From Phoronis australis (Eukaryota; Animalia; Phoronida): DNA of 64,000 nucleotides. A program made the position numbers and the translations under genes. Each line of letters begins with the position of its first letter. Position 1 is the stretch's first letter. Below are positions 12,545 to 26,221 of this stretch, piece after piece. Under the pieces are notes generated by a model. The model searched no databases and was not told where the DNA came from. It was given only the letters and a program-made list of their open reading frames with translations. Location of the stretch: positions 133,625 to 197,624 of the forward strand of contig NMRA01000353.1 in NCBI GenBank assembly GCA_002633005.1, written 5' to 3'.

Positions 12545-14171
12545 GTTTGCATCTCTGTCTGGGCATCTGGTATCTAGTATCCGCTGCTGTATCTCCTAAA
12601 CCCCTCATAGGATCTTGATTAAATTTGCAAGACATGTTCCTATGAAGCTGACGATTGATGACGACAAATTTCGAACCTCTCCGACCACAGGTGTGCCCCC
12701 TAGTGGTAATTTTATTTTTTACATTTACCTCTGTATCTTTAAAGGTCCTAACCAGATTTTCATAAAATTTGGCAGTTAGGCATCTATTAGTGAGGTGACG
12801 CTATCCTCCCGTTTTCAGATAAATTTGAGGTAATTTGCGCCACCTAGTGGCCATTTTTACTGTTTTCAAGTCTGTTTTTTGACGTTGGCTCCACTGTCAA
12901 CCAAACCACTCTAAGGATAATTGTGAAAATTGGCATATATGTTCAAACTGTGAAGAAGAGGGCCGACAATAATTTTCCGACGACTTCAAATACTGTACCA
13001 CCTCCTAGTGGCAGTTTTGTTTGTTTTTACGTCCTTGGCTGTATCTCCTAAATGCTCTAGAGGATCTTTATTAAATTTGAACGAATGTATTTATATGAAG
13101 TTGACAACAAACGACGACGACTTTCAGACTGATGGGACTACTGGTGTGGCCCTAGTGGTGACTTTATTTTTCTTAAGTTTAACTTTGTATCCTCAAAGGT
13201 CCTCTATGAATTTCTAAAAAAATTGGCAGATAGACATCTATTAGTGAGGTGGCACTATTCATTTGTTTTTGGATTGATTCAAGGGGTATTTTGCACTACC
13301 TAGTGGCCATCTATATTTTTCTCGAGTTTGTTTTTTGGGATCCGCCCCTCTGTCAACCGAACCACTCTAAGGATGATTGTGGAAATTCGCATATATGTTC
13401 CTACTGTGAAGAGGGCGGCTGTCGATGATTTTCCGACTACCTTGACTAGTGTGGCGCCTCCTAGTGGCGGTTTTGTTTTACTTACGCCCATGGCTGTATC
13501 TCCCAAACTCTCTGCACGCTCTTTATTAAATTTAGCAAGTGTATTTATATGAAGTTGACAACAGATGGCGACGACTGTCAGACGAATGCGACAAACGCTG
13601 TGCTCCCTTGTGGCAATTTAATGTTTTTCCGGTTTCCTCTTTTTTCTCCAATTCAAGTTCCTTGATGGATTGTTATGAAATTTCATAGTTTTCTATTGAA
13701 ACAATGACATGTTCCTGTTTTCGGATGGATTTGACGTTTTTTTTCATCTAGTGGCCATTTTTAATGCTTTGTAGTCTGTTTTTTAAGTCTGCCCCTCTAT
13801 CAACCAAATCACTCTAAGTATGATTGTGAAAATTGGCACCTATATTTTCAGTTTGAAGAGAATGGTTGACGATGATTTTCCGACGACTTAAACTACTGGG
13901 GCACCTCCTAGTGGTAGTTTGTTTTCTCCTGTAGCCCCCTAGTGGCAATTTCTTTTTTTTCCGTTTTTCTCTGTTTCTCTGAAGTTCCTCAATGGATTTT
14001 TATGATATTTGGTAAATAGCTTGTTATTAAAAAAGTGATGATGAGTTGCTGTTTTTGGATGGATTTAACATATTTTGCGCCATCTTGTGGCCATTTCTGC
14101 GATACAAATAAAACCCCTAGAAGCACACCGTTTGCGGTTCCTTCATGGGTGCATTTCACATTGCTTTTGTT
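12545..14171 (+). mobile_element. Helentron/HINE-like element with internal ~150-bp monomers (higher-order period ~455 bp)
   Basis: Recurrent CCTAGTGGC monomers; 3' end cacaccgtttgcg...gggtgcattt...cattgcttttgtt shared with other copies. Confidence 0.75.
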
Positions 14172-14946
14172 TGTTATTTTGTTATAGCTGTACATAATGA
14201 ATTATTCTCAGTATCTCTTATAAGTAATATGATAGGAAGGTAAGTGTACAGTCTGTAGGATAAGATTTGAATCTGTGCGGCGCATTTACTATTCATTAAC
14301 GATATACACCGACATAGTATACGTTGAAAGCGAGCTTGTAAAGGTGATGCTGTTGATGGGAGGACATCAACGTGGAATTTAGTAAAAGACAATTTTTGTG
14401 TGGTGTGGTGTGGACCAATCTATGCCCACGTTGGGAGGGATAGCCTTCATTGCTAACTTGCTTGGCACCACTTATATGTCATGAATCAGATTAGGTCAAA
14501 GTCGTCTAGTATCTGTTGTGAACTAGTCTACCCTTTGTCCGATCTCATCTAAAACCAACTGTCCTTGAGCTATTAACAAAACGCATGTTATAAGTAAATT
14601 TCATGTCAGTGTACAAATATTGTGACTTAAAATGAGACTCATTCGACGAGGAAATGACGAATCATCAGTCAACAAAAGAACAGTTTTCAGTCAAATACCT
14701 TGAGAAGTTAAGTCATTGCACTAAATGGATGTCCAAAAACAGTAAGAAAAACTCTTGTTGTATAACATTATCAAATTGGTTGCTCCTGAAATGGGGCCAG
14801 CATCATGCATATGAAGAAACAAAACAGAACCACAAAGATAAAAAATTGACATGCCAATTTTCCCAAAAAAATTTGCTAATAAATATTTAAGGTGATCGCC
14901 AGCCAATGCATAGTGTATAAAAAGGCGAATGTTCTTTTTATTCCAG

Positions 14947-15026
14947 GCATTGCAATGGGCCGATCTGGCCCTCCTGACATGAAAGTTGGACTATGTTATG
15001 TAAATCCAGGAGAAGATGACCAAATG
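14947..15026 (+). CDS. ATP13A3: ATP13A exon with ATG at 14955: [24 protein letters not shown]
   Basis: ttccag acceptor, gtaagt donor. NPGEDDQM resembles the ATP13A3 N-terminus NQGQEDEM. Confidence 0.85.
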
Positions 15027-18000
15027 GTAAGTGTCTGTTGGATGTGGAACCATTTTAAATCTTTGTCTATCATCATAAAGTAATTGTATGTTCCACAGGT
15101 ATGTAGCAGTTTTAATTTTTGATATTTGTTCTCTGACTAAAAGGAATAGCGGAGTTGCAACCGAATCGATTTAACGATTGCGCATGTCCGGAAATTAGGG
15201 TGCGCAAAGGCTACTGGGATTGTTGATGGTAAACGGGATGACCGACTGGTTTGCACGACGTGTAATTTGTGTGCATTAAACTACGCTGCTGTATGTAATT
15301 CTGCCGCTATTCGCCCTAATTAGCGCCCATGGCTCAACAAGTGCCCCAACGCGTTTTCAGACTTTGCTAAAGTAAGCGCCCAGCCCATGAACTACATGCG
15401 AAAAATGCCCTTACCTACAGTTCTAACGTCTCCAATTTATCAATTGAAAGATCCGACAGCCTGAATTTGTAACGGACCACGAGCCTCACCGTTATGTCCG
15501 TATACACTTCAAACTTACGCCGCGATTCAAAAAGAGCGCAGAAGTTTTGCTGCTCTTGCGAGGGATGTGCCCCACTACGCGGGTCTGGACTTTGAAAACA
15601 GACACAGCGTACTTGTCAAAGAGCGGGATTGCATTGTTTCTTTCCAGTACAGATCTTCTCCGGCCTCAAACTTCTTTGTGCATGTGAAAACCGTGAATCG
15701 AAGACTAATAAAAAAAACTCGACCAGTGTTAGCACGCGACCAAGAAGCGCGCGCTGCATAATGTACCGACTGTCATCGAAGATTAATCGGGTAACATAGC
15801 ATCGGCAAATAAATATTGGCACTAATTTCCGAAAGTTTCCAATACCGTAAAAAGCTTCTGCATTATTTTTAAGAGAAATTATTTAACTAATCATAATTGG
15901 TGTTTTTAAGGTCAAAATGACCCACTTCGCACCCTTACACCCCAAATCTTCCGGGAAATAGCTGTTACACTACGGTCACGCATCCACTCACCCGGCGACT
16001 CAATGAGTGACATGTCGGTCTTACCGAAAAAATTCTCGAACGTTTTTAGCAGATGAGGCCAGCAAGTGCTAAGCCGTAAATATTAAAACACGCTCTGCTT
16101 GACTGCTTGACTTATTTTTTTTTTGGATACAATGCACACCTAGATCATTACATTACTCTGGCAAATGAACTCTGACAAGCACACGCACGCTTACTCTCAC
16201 ACACACGCATACAAACTTCAAAACAAACGTCACGTGACAACAACATGTGTTCCCACAGAGATTTTTCTCGGGTTGCGTGCTACAATCTAGCGTAGATTTG
16301 GACTTAATCTGCAGTTAATCCAGACTTCACAAGAACTTAAAAATCTTAGAGACGCTATTTGGAAAACTTGAGGAGGATTTCAGGTAATTTGTTGAGTCAA
16401 AGCTGTATTCTTATTTAAGAATTCAAGCCCTATCGACGATTGCGAGACCAGCAGCTACGCATTTGTCGGCAAGATTTCGCCCTGGAACTTCAACAAAATT
16501 TTATGAAAAATGATCGTAATTTAACAACGAATTTTGATAGCAATGTACCACAATTTTGTAGAAAGTAAATAATAATAATCTGCACGCTTTATCTTAGCGC
16601 GTAATGCATATAGTGTGCATACGTTAAGTGAGTCGACCCAGAACAGGTGATTGTGCAGAGGCATTATCCTCAAAATTGCTCATGTTGGCTTGGTTCTGGT
16701 CAAGCGAAAACAAGTTTTTTTTTCACTACCAACCGCCGTGGAGTATTTGTTACTGTTTCTTTGAAGGGAGATATTGTTGGGCAGTTTCTAAGATACGTTT
16801 TCTTGCCGCCCTCAAAATGAGCGCTGCACACTTTATGCTACGAAGTCGGAAAGAATTCACGAAGTCGGCCTTTGCTACCAGCTCTACCGATGTCTCTGAC
16901 CCATGTTTAACGCAGTTCTTGATCCTTGGGAAACAGGTAGTAACTAAATTTTTTATTTCGCTAACTGGTATTATAGCATGCCAGGCACACAACACGTATA
17001 ACCTCCCTGTGGCCGGTTCGCCCCCACGCTTGCCGACGTACTTGTTTACCGGCTTAACCACAATGCAACATTCTGACCCATTTCCAATATGGCGGCGTTG
17101 CAACTCCGCTATTGGTGCTTAGTCCGAAGCACAGTTTGATAGCTAAATGATTACAAAACTGAATGGTGAAAAATCACTGTGGTCTAAGAAGCCCTCTCAT
17201 ATATATAATGGACATGGCATATCAAGGTACCTAAACTACACGGTTAACGGACTCATAAACACGGTCATGGACGCATGAACACGACCCACGGACATGCAAA
17301 CACCATCCACTGACTCACAAACACGGGAACGGACTCACAAAACATGATCCATTCACCCAAATACACGGGACATGGACTCACATTCACGAAGAAACACGGT
17401 TAACGGACCGCCAAACACGGTTTACGGACAAAATGTAGATGTCAGCTGACCCAGGAAGCCAACGAGTCCGTGACCCGTGTTTGGCGGTCCGTTAACCGTG
17501 TTTCCTCGTGAATATGAGTCTGTGTCCCGTGTATTTGGATGAATGGATCGTGTTTTGTGAGTCCGTTCCTGTGTTTGTGAGTCAGTGGATGGTGTTTGCA
17601 GGTCCGTGGGTCGTGTTCATGCATCCATGACCGTGTTTATGAGTCCGTTAACCGTGTAGTTTAGGTACCTTGCATATGCTTGTGCGATTTGAAAAAATGT
17701 ATTTTGCAATATCCTGTCCAGTATGCAGAAGTGACCTCCTGTAGCCAGAAGGAAGTGCAAATGTCAACCCATGGCACCAGGAATTTATGGAATTGTCCCT
17801 CAACCCTATCGACCCCTACACCCCACGACCCCTCCTCGTCCCACGACCCTCTCGACCCACATCTCCCACGACCTGCGGCAGTAGGTGTATCTGCGCTTTT
17901 TGCATATTTCATAATCATATATTGTCACTGAGTGATTTTCCCATAAGACTTACCTACACGTGAATCTGCTCTGGCTCAAGGCTGGCGGTTAATAACAAAG

Positions 18001-21000
18001 TGTGGTAGGAACGTGAAAATAGCGGATTGTGAACATGCTATCGTTGTCACGGAAATGATTCCACCAACGGCTACTAATGGCCCTGTTCTTCTAAACTTAG
18101 GGAGAGAGTACGTTAATGTGAGTGCATTCTGTTATAAACTAGTTTACAATATACTACATGTAACTTTGAGATGCTTTTTTGTAAACAGTTTGTTTTTTTC
18201 AAACTGTATTTACTGAAAAAATTACGTATTAGTGGCCTTCTCCCAAAAGTAGCTTGAATCTACCATACACTGAAGAGCAGATGAGACGATTACTCTCTGC
18301 CGGTAATGAGATGATTTATAACGTTGGTAGGTTTCTGGTTTGATTTGGTCGCGTTTTTTTCCCATTTTTGGCTCTTAAACTTGCGAATTGACTCTTGTAG
18401 TTGCAAAAAAGAACGGGAAAAGCCAGCCGAGCTCACAGCCAGACTCGTTGGTCCTGCAAGTCGGCGCTTGTTTTATGTTCAGGAGTCGAGCTTGTGTAGA
18501 CTGGGTGGAGGGGTCGTGGGCTGTGGTTCGAGGGGGTGGTGGGTCAAGGGGTCATGCGTTGAGGGGGTTGTGGGATGTCATGTGGGGTTCGAGGGGGTTT
18601 TAGAACAATCCGAATTTATGGTGGAGATGCCTTTGCACTTGCCTGAGTTAATCTTTTTATGCAAACAACAGTCACAGGGTTTTGAACTTTTCCACCTGAC
18701 CGCTGAATAGCACCCTTATCAAACATTATCTTCCGTGGCATCTGAGTAGCATTCAGTGCAATGATTAGAATGGTATATGCTTGGTTCAGCTGGAGGGAAT
18801 TGACCTATCGCCAGGACTTTGAGTGATGGCTCAACTGACCAATCAGAATGCAGCATTCTTGACAGACCTAAGCCGCCATTTTGTTGTAGCATGGAAATTT
18901 TCCGTTGGCTAAGATTGGGGAAACTGATACTATTCTTAAGATAAACTTCAATCTCAGCAACGTCTATTTCATCTTAGATGTGAAATAAAGAAAGGGAGAT
19001 GCCAAGGAAGAATAGATGTCCCAACAATTGATTTAATGCCCGCGTAAAGTTTTGAAGGCACAGGTTGAAGATGGTGTACTGTGATTATTGTTTTACTTGC
19101 CATGGGAAAATGTTGACTTTTGATCTGTTACCAATGTAGAAGTCTGATTGGAAACCTATTATGTGTATGGATAATGTAACACTCAGTAAACTTTCCGTTT
19201 TTATTATTTTATTTTTCCCATTCCTTGTGCAGGATCTTTGTGGAATTTCGCAAGTTTTGTTCCTAGTATGAACATGACAGGATGAGGATGATCATATTAC
19301 AAAATTGTTTGTTGCCTAGTGGCAGTTTTTTGTGTTTGCTTGTAAACCTACCAAGTTTGTCAGTAGATTTTTATAAAACTTGGCCAAGTATGTGTGTATC
19401 AAAGAGAGATGTCACCTGAGTTTGTGCTGTTGTGTATCTCATAGTTATTTATCAGCGGATTTCATAACATGGTTTAAAGTGGTAGTCTCTGTTGTGATTT
19501 CTTGGCCAAATTAGTTAGAATCACAACACCTTTTTCATTTTCGCTGTAGCATCGAAGTACTGCAAGTTACAGAGTAATGGGTGGACTCAGTACACAACAA
19601 TTTTTGTTATGTGTTCTTCCTGTACATTGGCATAATTGCTTACAAACCGTTAAGGCAGTGCTAAATTGTCACTGTAAAAGTCGGGACCTGTCTGCTGAAC
19701 ATTTCTGTGTGGTGTTGGTCTGAACACAGATGCGGTTTATGGTACATGATGCACACTTCGTAACTGTCGACCATAACAATGGATTTGTTCAATCAAGACA
19801 TATTACGAATGCATGTATGCTGCTGAACTGGGACGGCTTAAGTTAGGACCAACTTTTTGGAATGAGATTTTATGCATTGCAGTGGAATGATAATCAACAG
19901 GTTGCAGATCTCTATTGAGGTATTTTTAGAAGATGTGGTGATCAGATAGTACAGCACCTTCAAATCCTTCCACTGGAGCTGATTTACCAGCTGACATCAG
20001 TTTTCTTGCAGAATTCTTTAAGCAGTCTAGCTTTGAACATGTCTTAACTTCAATGTGAAATTTGTTGATAAATTGAAGCAGTTTGAAATACTTTTTCTAA
20101 CCTGTAACAAAATGCGTTTTCTGTAAAATTAACAGTGACACAAGCCATGTGATCTGCTTCAAAGAAAAAAATACATGGAAAAACTGAGCATGCGCATTTG
20201 ATGAATTGCACTTACTTGTATCCACATGCACATTTCATAATTTTATTCAAACATGTGCTTCATGCTCTAGGTTTAAGAATACTATTATATAGGTGTCACC
20301 TTCATACAATTACAGTTGCCAAATTGAGCAAAGATCCTTGCACAGGGGTTTAGCAGAAACAGCTACAGAAGAAACAAATTTACTGCTAGGAAATGCCACA
20401 GTATTTGAATCGTCTGAAAATCATTGTCAGCCTATCTTGTCTCAGTAGAAACATACATGTCAATTTTCATAATATTCCTTAGAGTGGTTTGGCCGATAGA
20501 GAGGCTGGCGCCAAAAACAACTCAGATCTTCTAGGTGGTGTGCGCTACATTGAATCGACCAGAAAACAAAAAGAGGTTATCACTTCTTTAATAGAAATTT
20601 ACTGCCAGATTTCATAAAAATATGTCAAAGAACTCTAAAGATACAGATGAAAATGGAAAAGAAATGAAATCGGTTCACACAAACGTTGGTGACAGCGGGT
20701 TTAGAGCCTGGCTGCAGTCCAAACCTCTAGACCATCAGACACTCATTCCACAATTGTAATTAAGGAAGGCTATATGGGACACGTTACACTCGCAAGTCAC
20801 TTTTCATAACATATGCATTAAAAAAGTATTATTTACTAAAATATTCAACTGTATGTTTCAAAGCTTAAATATTGAGGACTCTGATGTATGTATTCTCATT
20901 AGTATCAACAAACATATTGTACGTATACCTGGTTGCAATAAAAAGACTGATACTGTAAGACTTGTCAGGTGAGTCGGGCATGAGCCATGTCAGTTGAGTC

Positions 21001-24000
21001 AGGCATGAGCCATGTTAGTTGAGTCAGGCATGAGCCATGTCAGCTGAGTCAGGCATGAGCCATGTTAGTTGAGTCATCCGTCGCAAATGGCATTGCAACA
21101 AGTTCAGCTGTATTTAAGATTAAAATGGTCTCACTCAATTTCCTGTTACACAGTTTGAAACTTGTTACATTCGGCTTAACTAGGTGGAGTCTTAAGAATT
21201 TTTTAATAGAACAAGCAAACATTCAGAAGCTTACACAACTGTTCTGAGAACCATATGGAGTTGAGCAGTTGTTTCTGTGATTGAATTTTCAACTGGATTT
21301 ATATTTCCATTTGAATTTGCAGCTCCTCCGAAATGGCACTTTATGGCTCTAAAGGTATTATGATTCAAAACAAGTACACTTATTATTTAAAAATAGTATC
21401 AAAATGCTAATACTCGAATTACAGAAGTAAACCATAAAAATGGCTTTATCAATTTTTTATTATAAAGTTTTCAGTCTGAACTTGGAGAAAAAATAAGAAC
21501 AAACTGTTTCTCAAAACTCAAACATGAAAAATATTCATGAAAAATCCTGGGTACTTGTTATAAAATCTGTTGACAAAATCATTTTAAGGAACAATGTTTC
21601 TAGATGTGCATTTTAAATAGGTCGAGTGGGGATACTTATGACCATTACAAAAACTGAACAACGAATCAATAATTTAACTATGCTTATGTTCATTTTAAAG
21701 GGTTTTCTTTGAAATAATTACTTAAAATGGTGCTAAGACAGAATTTGCTTCTTTGGACTATTATTCCCACCTACATCATTAGATTTTATGCAAATTTGTA
21801 ATCCATATTATTATTAAATTATATACTATTTTTAAATTTCCACAATTTTGCTGTCTATCCCATTATTCCCCAGAATTTGTTGACTTGCACTATTATTTCC
21901 ATCTACATCATTATTAGGTGTTACACAAGTTTGTAGTCAAGGTCATTATTTCAATCTATACTACTGTCATACGCCCACATATTGCCGTCATCTCGGGACG
22001 TCTGCTGTCCGCAGGTGGATCTCTTAAATCCCTTGTAGGATCTTGATGAGATTGGGAGATATGTTCCTATGAAGCTTATGACGGATGATGACGAATTTTG
22101 GTTCTATCCAACTATCGGTGTCCCCCTAATGGCAATTGTATTTTTTACGTTTATCTCTACGGAGGTCTTTCATCGAATTTTCATAAAATTTGGCAGATAG
22201 GTATCTATTATTGAGATGACACTATCCTCCCATTTTTGGATGGATTCGTATTTTGCACTACCTAGTGGCTATTTTTTTGTTTTGGGGTCTGTTTCTTTGG
22301 CGTTTGTCGCCAGTTTGTCAACCAAACCACTCTTAGGATGATTGTGAAAATTGGGGCATACATGTCCCTACTGTGACGAGGACGATTGACAACGATTTTC
22401 CGATGACTTCAAATACTGTACCGCCTTCTAGTGGCAGTTTTATTTTTTCAAGACCATGGCTGTATCTCCTAAACCATCTGCAAGATCTTTGTTAAATTTA
22501 GCAAGTGTATTTATATGAAGTTGACAACAGAAAATGACGACTTTCAGACGGATCTGACAAACGCTGAGCCCTGTAGTGGCAATTTCATTTTTTTCGCTTT
22601 CCTCTGTTTCTCTGAAGTTCCTTGATTTATTTTTATGACATTTGGTAAATAGCTTTCTATTAAAGAAGCAATGACATGCTCCTGGTTTAGGATGGATTAG
22701 ACATATGTTGCGCCATCTAGTGGCCATTTTTACTGTTTTCTAATATGTTTGGCGTCTGCCTCTCTATCAACCAAACACTGAGGATGATTTTGAAAATTAG
22801 CATTTATGTTTCTACTGTGAAGAAGACACCTGATGAGGATTTTCTGACGACTTGGACTACTGTGGCTGCTCCTAGTGGCAGTTTTTTGCGTCTGGCTGTA
22901 TATTTCAATCCTCTGGAGGATATTAATGATACAAATAAACACCCCTACACCCACACCGTTTGCGATGCAGTCGTGGGCGCATTTCTACGTTCTGCATTGC
23001 TCTTGTTATTTTCTTCAAATTTGCCGTCTATACCATTATTCCATTGTATACTTTTAGTAATTTTTCTGTAAATTTCCATTCTATACTACCATTCTACTTT
23101 TCTAGTGGCAAAAATGTCGGGTCTATACTACCTGTCCCTTCTATTACTAGAAATTGGGAAAATTTCCAGTCTATACTTATACTGCTGTTTCCAAATATTC
23201 GAAACTCGACAGTGCTGGTGTTTCAAACTAAAAGATGGTACACTTACCTCTAAATTTATCACTGCAGCACTGATCTTAACTTAAATCATGGTAATTTAAA
23301 ATATTTCTTTTTCCTTACTGCATGTAAGTAGTTGTATCTCTCTTCAGGTAATTCAAGGGTATGTGTCAAGCGGATGGCGACAAGCCGTCACCTGGTTCTT
23401 CATTCTGATCACAGCAGGACTCCTTCGTCTGGTTTTTCATTGGTTGCCTCATTGGTTTGTACAATGTACACACAGGAAGTGTTCCATCTCCTCAGCCACA
23501 ACGATCATGCTCAGAGTAAGGAACAGTTTGGCTGACTCGCCTCATACTGCCTGTTCACTGCTACGTTTTAATACAAAATGACTCGTGTTAACCTGTGTTT
23601 ACTGTAGAAGGTGCTGTTTATGTACTGGTGTAATTACTGTTAGGTGTCCCTACTTGTTGCCAGTTTGTCTATTGTCATGGTGATACCATGCTACACACCA
23701 TGTCTTATTGAGATACAGTTTTATATTTCACAACAGCTGTAGTGAAAGGTGCTATTTTAAGCTGTTTCATGGAATGATGAACCTGATGATTTTATTGTCG
23801 CACATGTATTGTTTATTGAAAAGGCATTAGTTTTGTGAAGTTTTCGAATTGTTTGTTTTACTTTTTAGGATCAGTATGAGCAATGGTTTGTAGAACAAGT
23901 GGTGTCGGCTACAAAAGATGGTGTGAGGTAAACTGTTGTGTCCCTGACATATGTCGTAGAAAGTCGTAATGGCACCAAAACATGCTACTTTTATCATGTG

Positions 24001-26156
24001 TTGGCCCAAGACCATAAAATGTTAATTTAAAATTTCCCTGAACTGAAAGTTTCATAAATATTATCAATGAATGGATCTATGTGAGTGCAGTCTTGTGGCT
24101 TTGTGAATTTATATCATGGAAATTGATAAAATAAAGACACTTTATTTTGAAAACTTTGGTAAAAATTTTGCAGCTTAGGACCGTGGAAAATTAATTATTT
24201 TGCTCAAGAGCTTGTACCAAGAAGTAAGCAACACTGGCTGTCCCAAATTCAAGAATTATGACCAGTGACATAGGACCGTTCACCTCTGTTTTAAACGATA
24301 TGGAGGCACATGAAAAAATTGGGTAGTCGGCAATTTTCTTAGCTTTTATGAATTGTGAAATCTTCAGGTTCTGTTGGTCCAAAGTGCTATGTCCAACATT
24401 TGATGAACGCCCAAGTCGCTATCTTTAGAATCAAGAAAATTCAAATTTGGCTTGAATTTCGGTGTCCCAAATTTTAGAGACTGTCAAACTGGAGAATTTT
24501 TACTGTAAATTGAATGCATTTGTGTGGCTTTGTTTAAGTGATGCCTTTTCATTTTTTATACAGTGATGTGCAGGTTTTGGAACCAGTCAGGGCACAGAGC
24601 AGGACCAACTATGCTTTTTTGGACGCATCTTGTATATTTTTATGTTTTGGATAGACATTACTGATCTCAGCTGGGGCTTAAAATGATACACACCATATTG
24701 CACTATGATATTGAATTTAATACAAATTTCAATGTTTATTTTCATCTGTCAGTTAATCTGCACATTTCAGTGGATGTAGCTGACTTGGGCATTATAAAAT
24801 CAAGCAGTTTCTTGTTCTAAATTTAATTTTTAAGCCAACTGCCATTCCAAGGGATTTGCGTCTAAGTCAAATGAATTGTGTTGTTTGATTTGTAGGATGT
24901 GGTCCGTTGATCCATTTGGTTTGTTGCACTTGTGTAACAAGTCTGACTTAGACAATTATGATCAGGTGACCACTAAGTCTGTTTACTGTTTGTAGTCAAA
25001 TATTTAGTCCATACATTTTGGATGGTGAATCAGTTTTACATTCAGGAGTCATCATTTCTGCGGACCTTGAATTGTTTAATACTTTACATTCAGGTGTCAC
25101 TATTTAAGTTGACCTTGACCTGTTCAGTACTTTCCGTTCAGCAGTCGTCAATTCTGTTGACCTTGAACTGACATTGTAAAATACTCTGCATTCAGGAATC
25201 ATCATTTTTGTGGACCATGAGCTGTTCAATTTGTTTTTTATTTAGGGAGGTCCACTTTTATTTTGGAAGTATTTCCATAATATGGTTACTATTTAATATG
25301 TAAAGCTTCATTTCTTCGTTTCCTGGCTGGAAAATGAAAATTGACTTTGGCCTTTTGCTATCATAAAATCAATCCCATAACACTCCTGACTATGATATAA
25401 TTTCTGTTATCAACAACAACTTCAAAACCATCAGTCAACTTGAAGTCAATCAAGAAAGTGCTTCTGAGCTTATTGGTCTTGTCCTGGTCTAAAATTTCAA
25501 AAATGGACTTTTATCATAGAAGTTATATTTTTAGACTGATATTACCTTTTGACTTGAGTTTTTCTTTGGGAATGGACAGTTGAGGTATGCAGTTCCGGAG
25601 TTTTGTAATCCTGTCATCAATGACACCAACTGAGTAGAGTCTGCATAAACGTGAAATAAAATGACGCCAAAGTCTGTGGAGGATGTTAACTTTTGTTGTG
25701 CCACCTGTGGACCATCCGCAATGTATGGGTTACTTTAACGTTTTTGCATTAGGCCTCTGTCTGTAGCTTTGTTGATAACAGCATTAGTGTCTGATGAGCC
25801 ACCTACAATCAGTTGGTATTTCTCAAGTAGGTAGCATATTCTTCACGGCTGTTTTAGTGTTTGAAAAACTAACTTCACTGTGACCTCAAAGTGTTTGTGC
25901 ACAGACTCAGTGAAGACAGTTTTGAAATTGATGCTTTATGCTGCATGGCCAACTGCAATTGGTCATCTGGTGTGAGACACTAATGCCCTTTTGTTATGCG
26001 CCCATACACACACACACACACACACACTCACTCACTCACTCACTCACTCACTCACTCACTCACNGTCCATACACAACACAGTACTTGGTGGACCACTGGA
26101 AAATTTGCGGGATTACAGGTATCTCTGCGCCAGAGATGCTCACAGCGCCATACAGT

Positions 26157-26221
<65 letters not shown>

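Larger units (their letters stand above)
15148..17110 (-). mobile_element. TIR DNA transposon relic flanked by AT (ISL2EU/PHIS-like), about 1.96 kb
   Basis: Perfect 17-bp IR aatagcggagttgcaac (15145-15161 / 17097-17113), read as AT TSD plus a 14-bp TIR; contains THAP and HIRAN-like remnants. Confidence 0.7.

Noticed and set aside
16628-17122. ORF-track proteins of 164 aa (+) and 117 aa (-)
   Set aside because: Off-frame shadows of the decayed THAP domain
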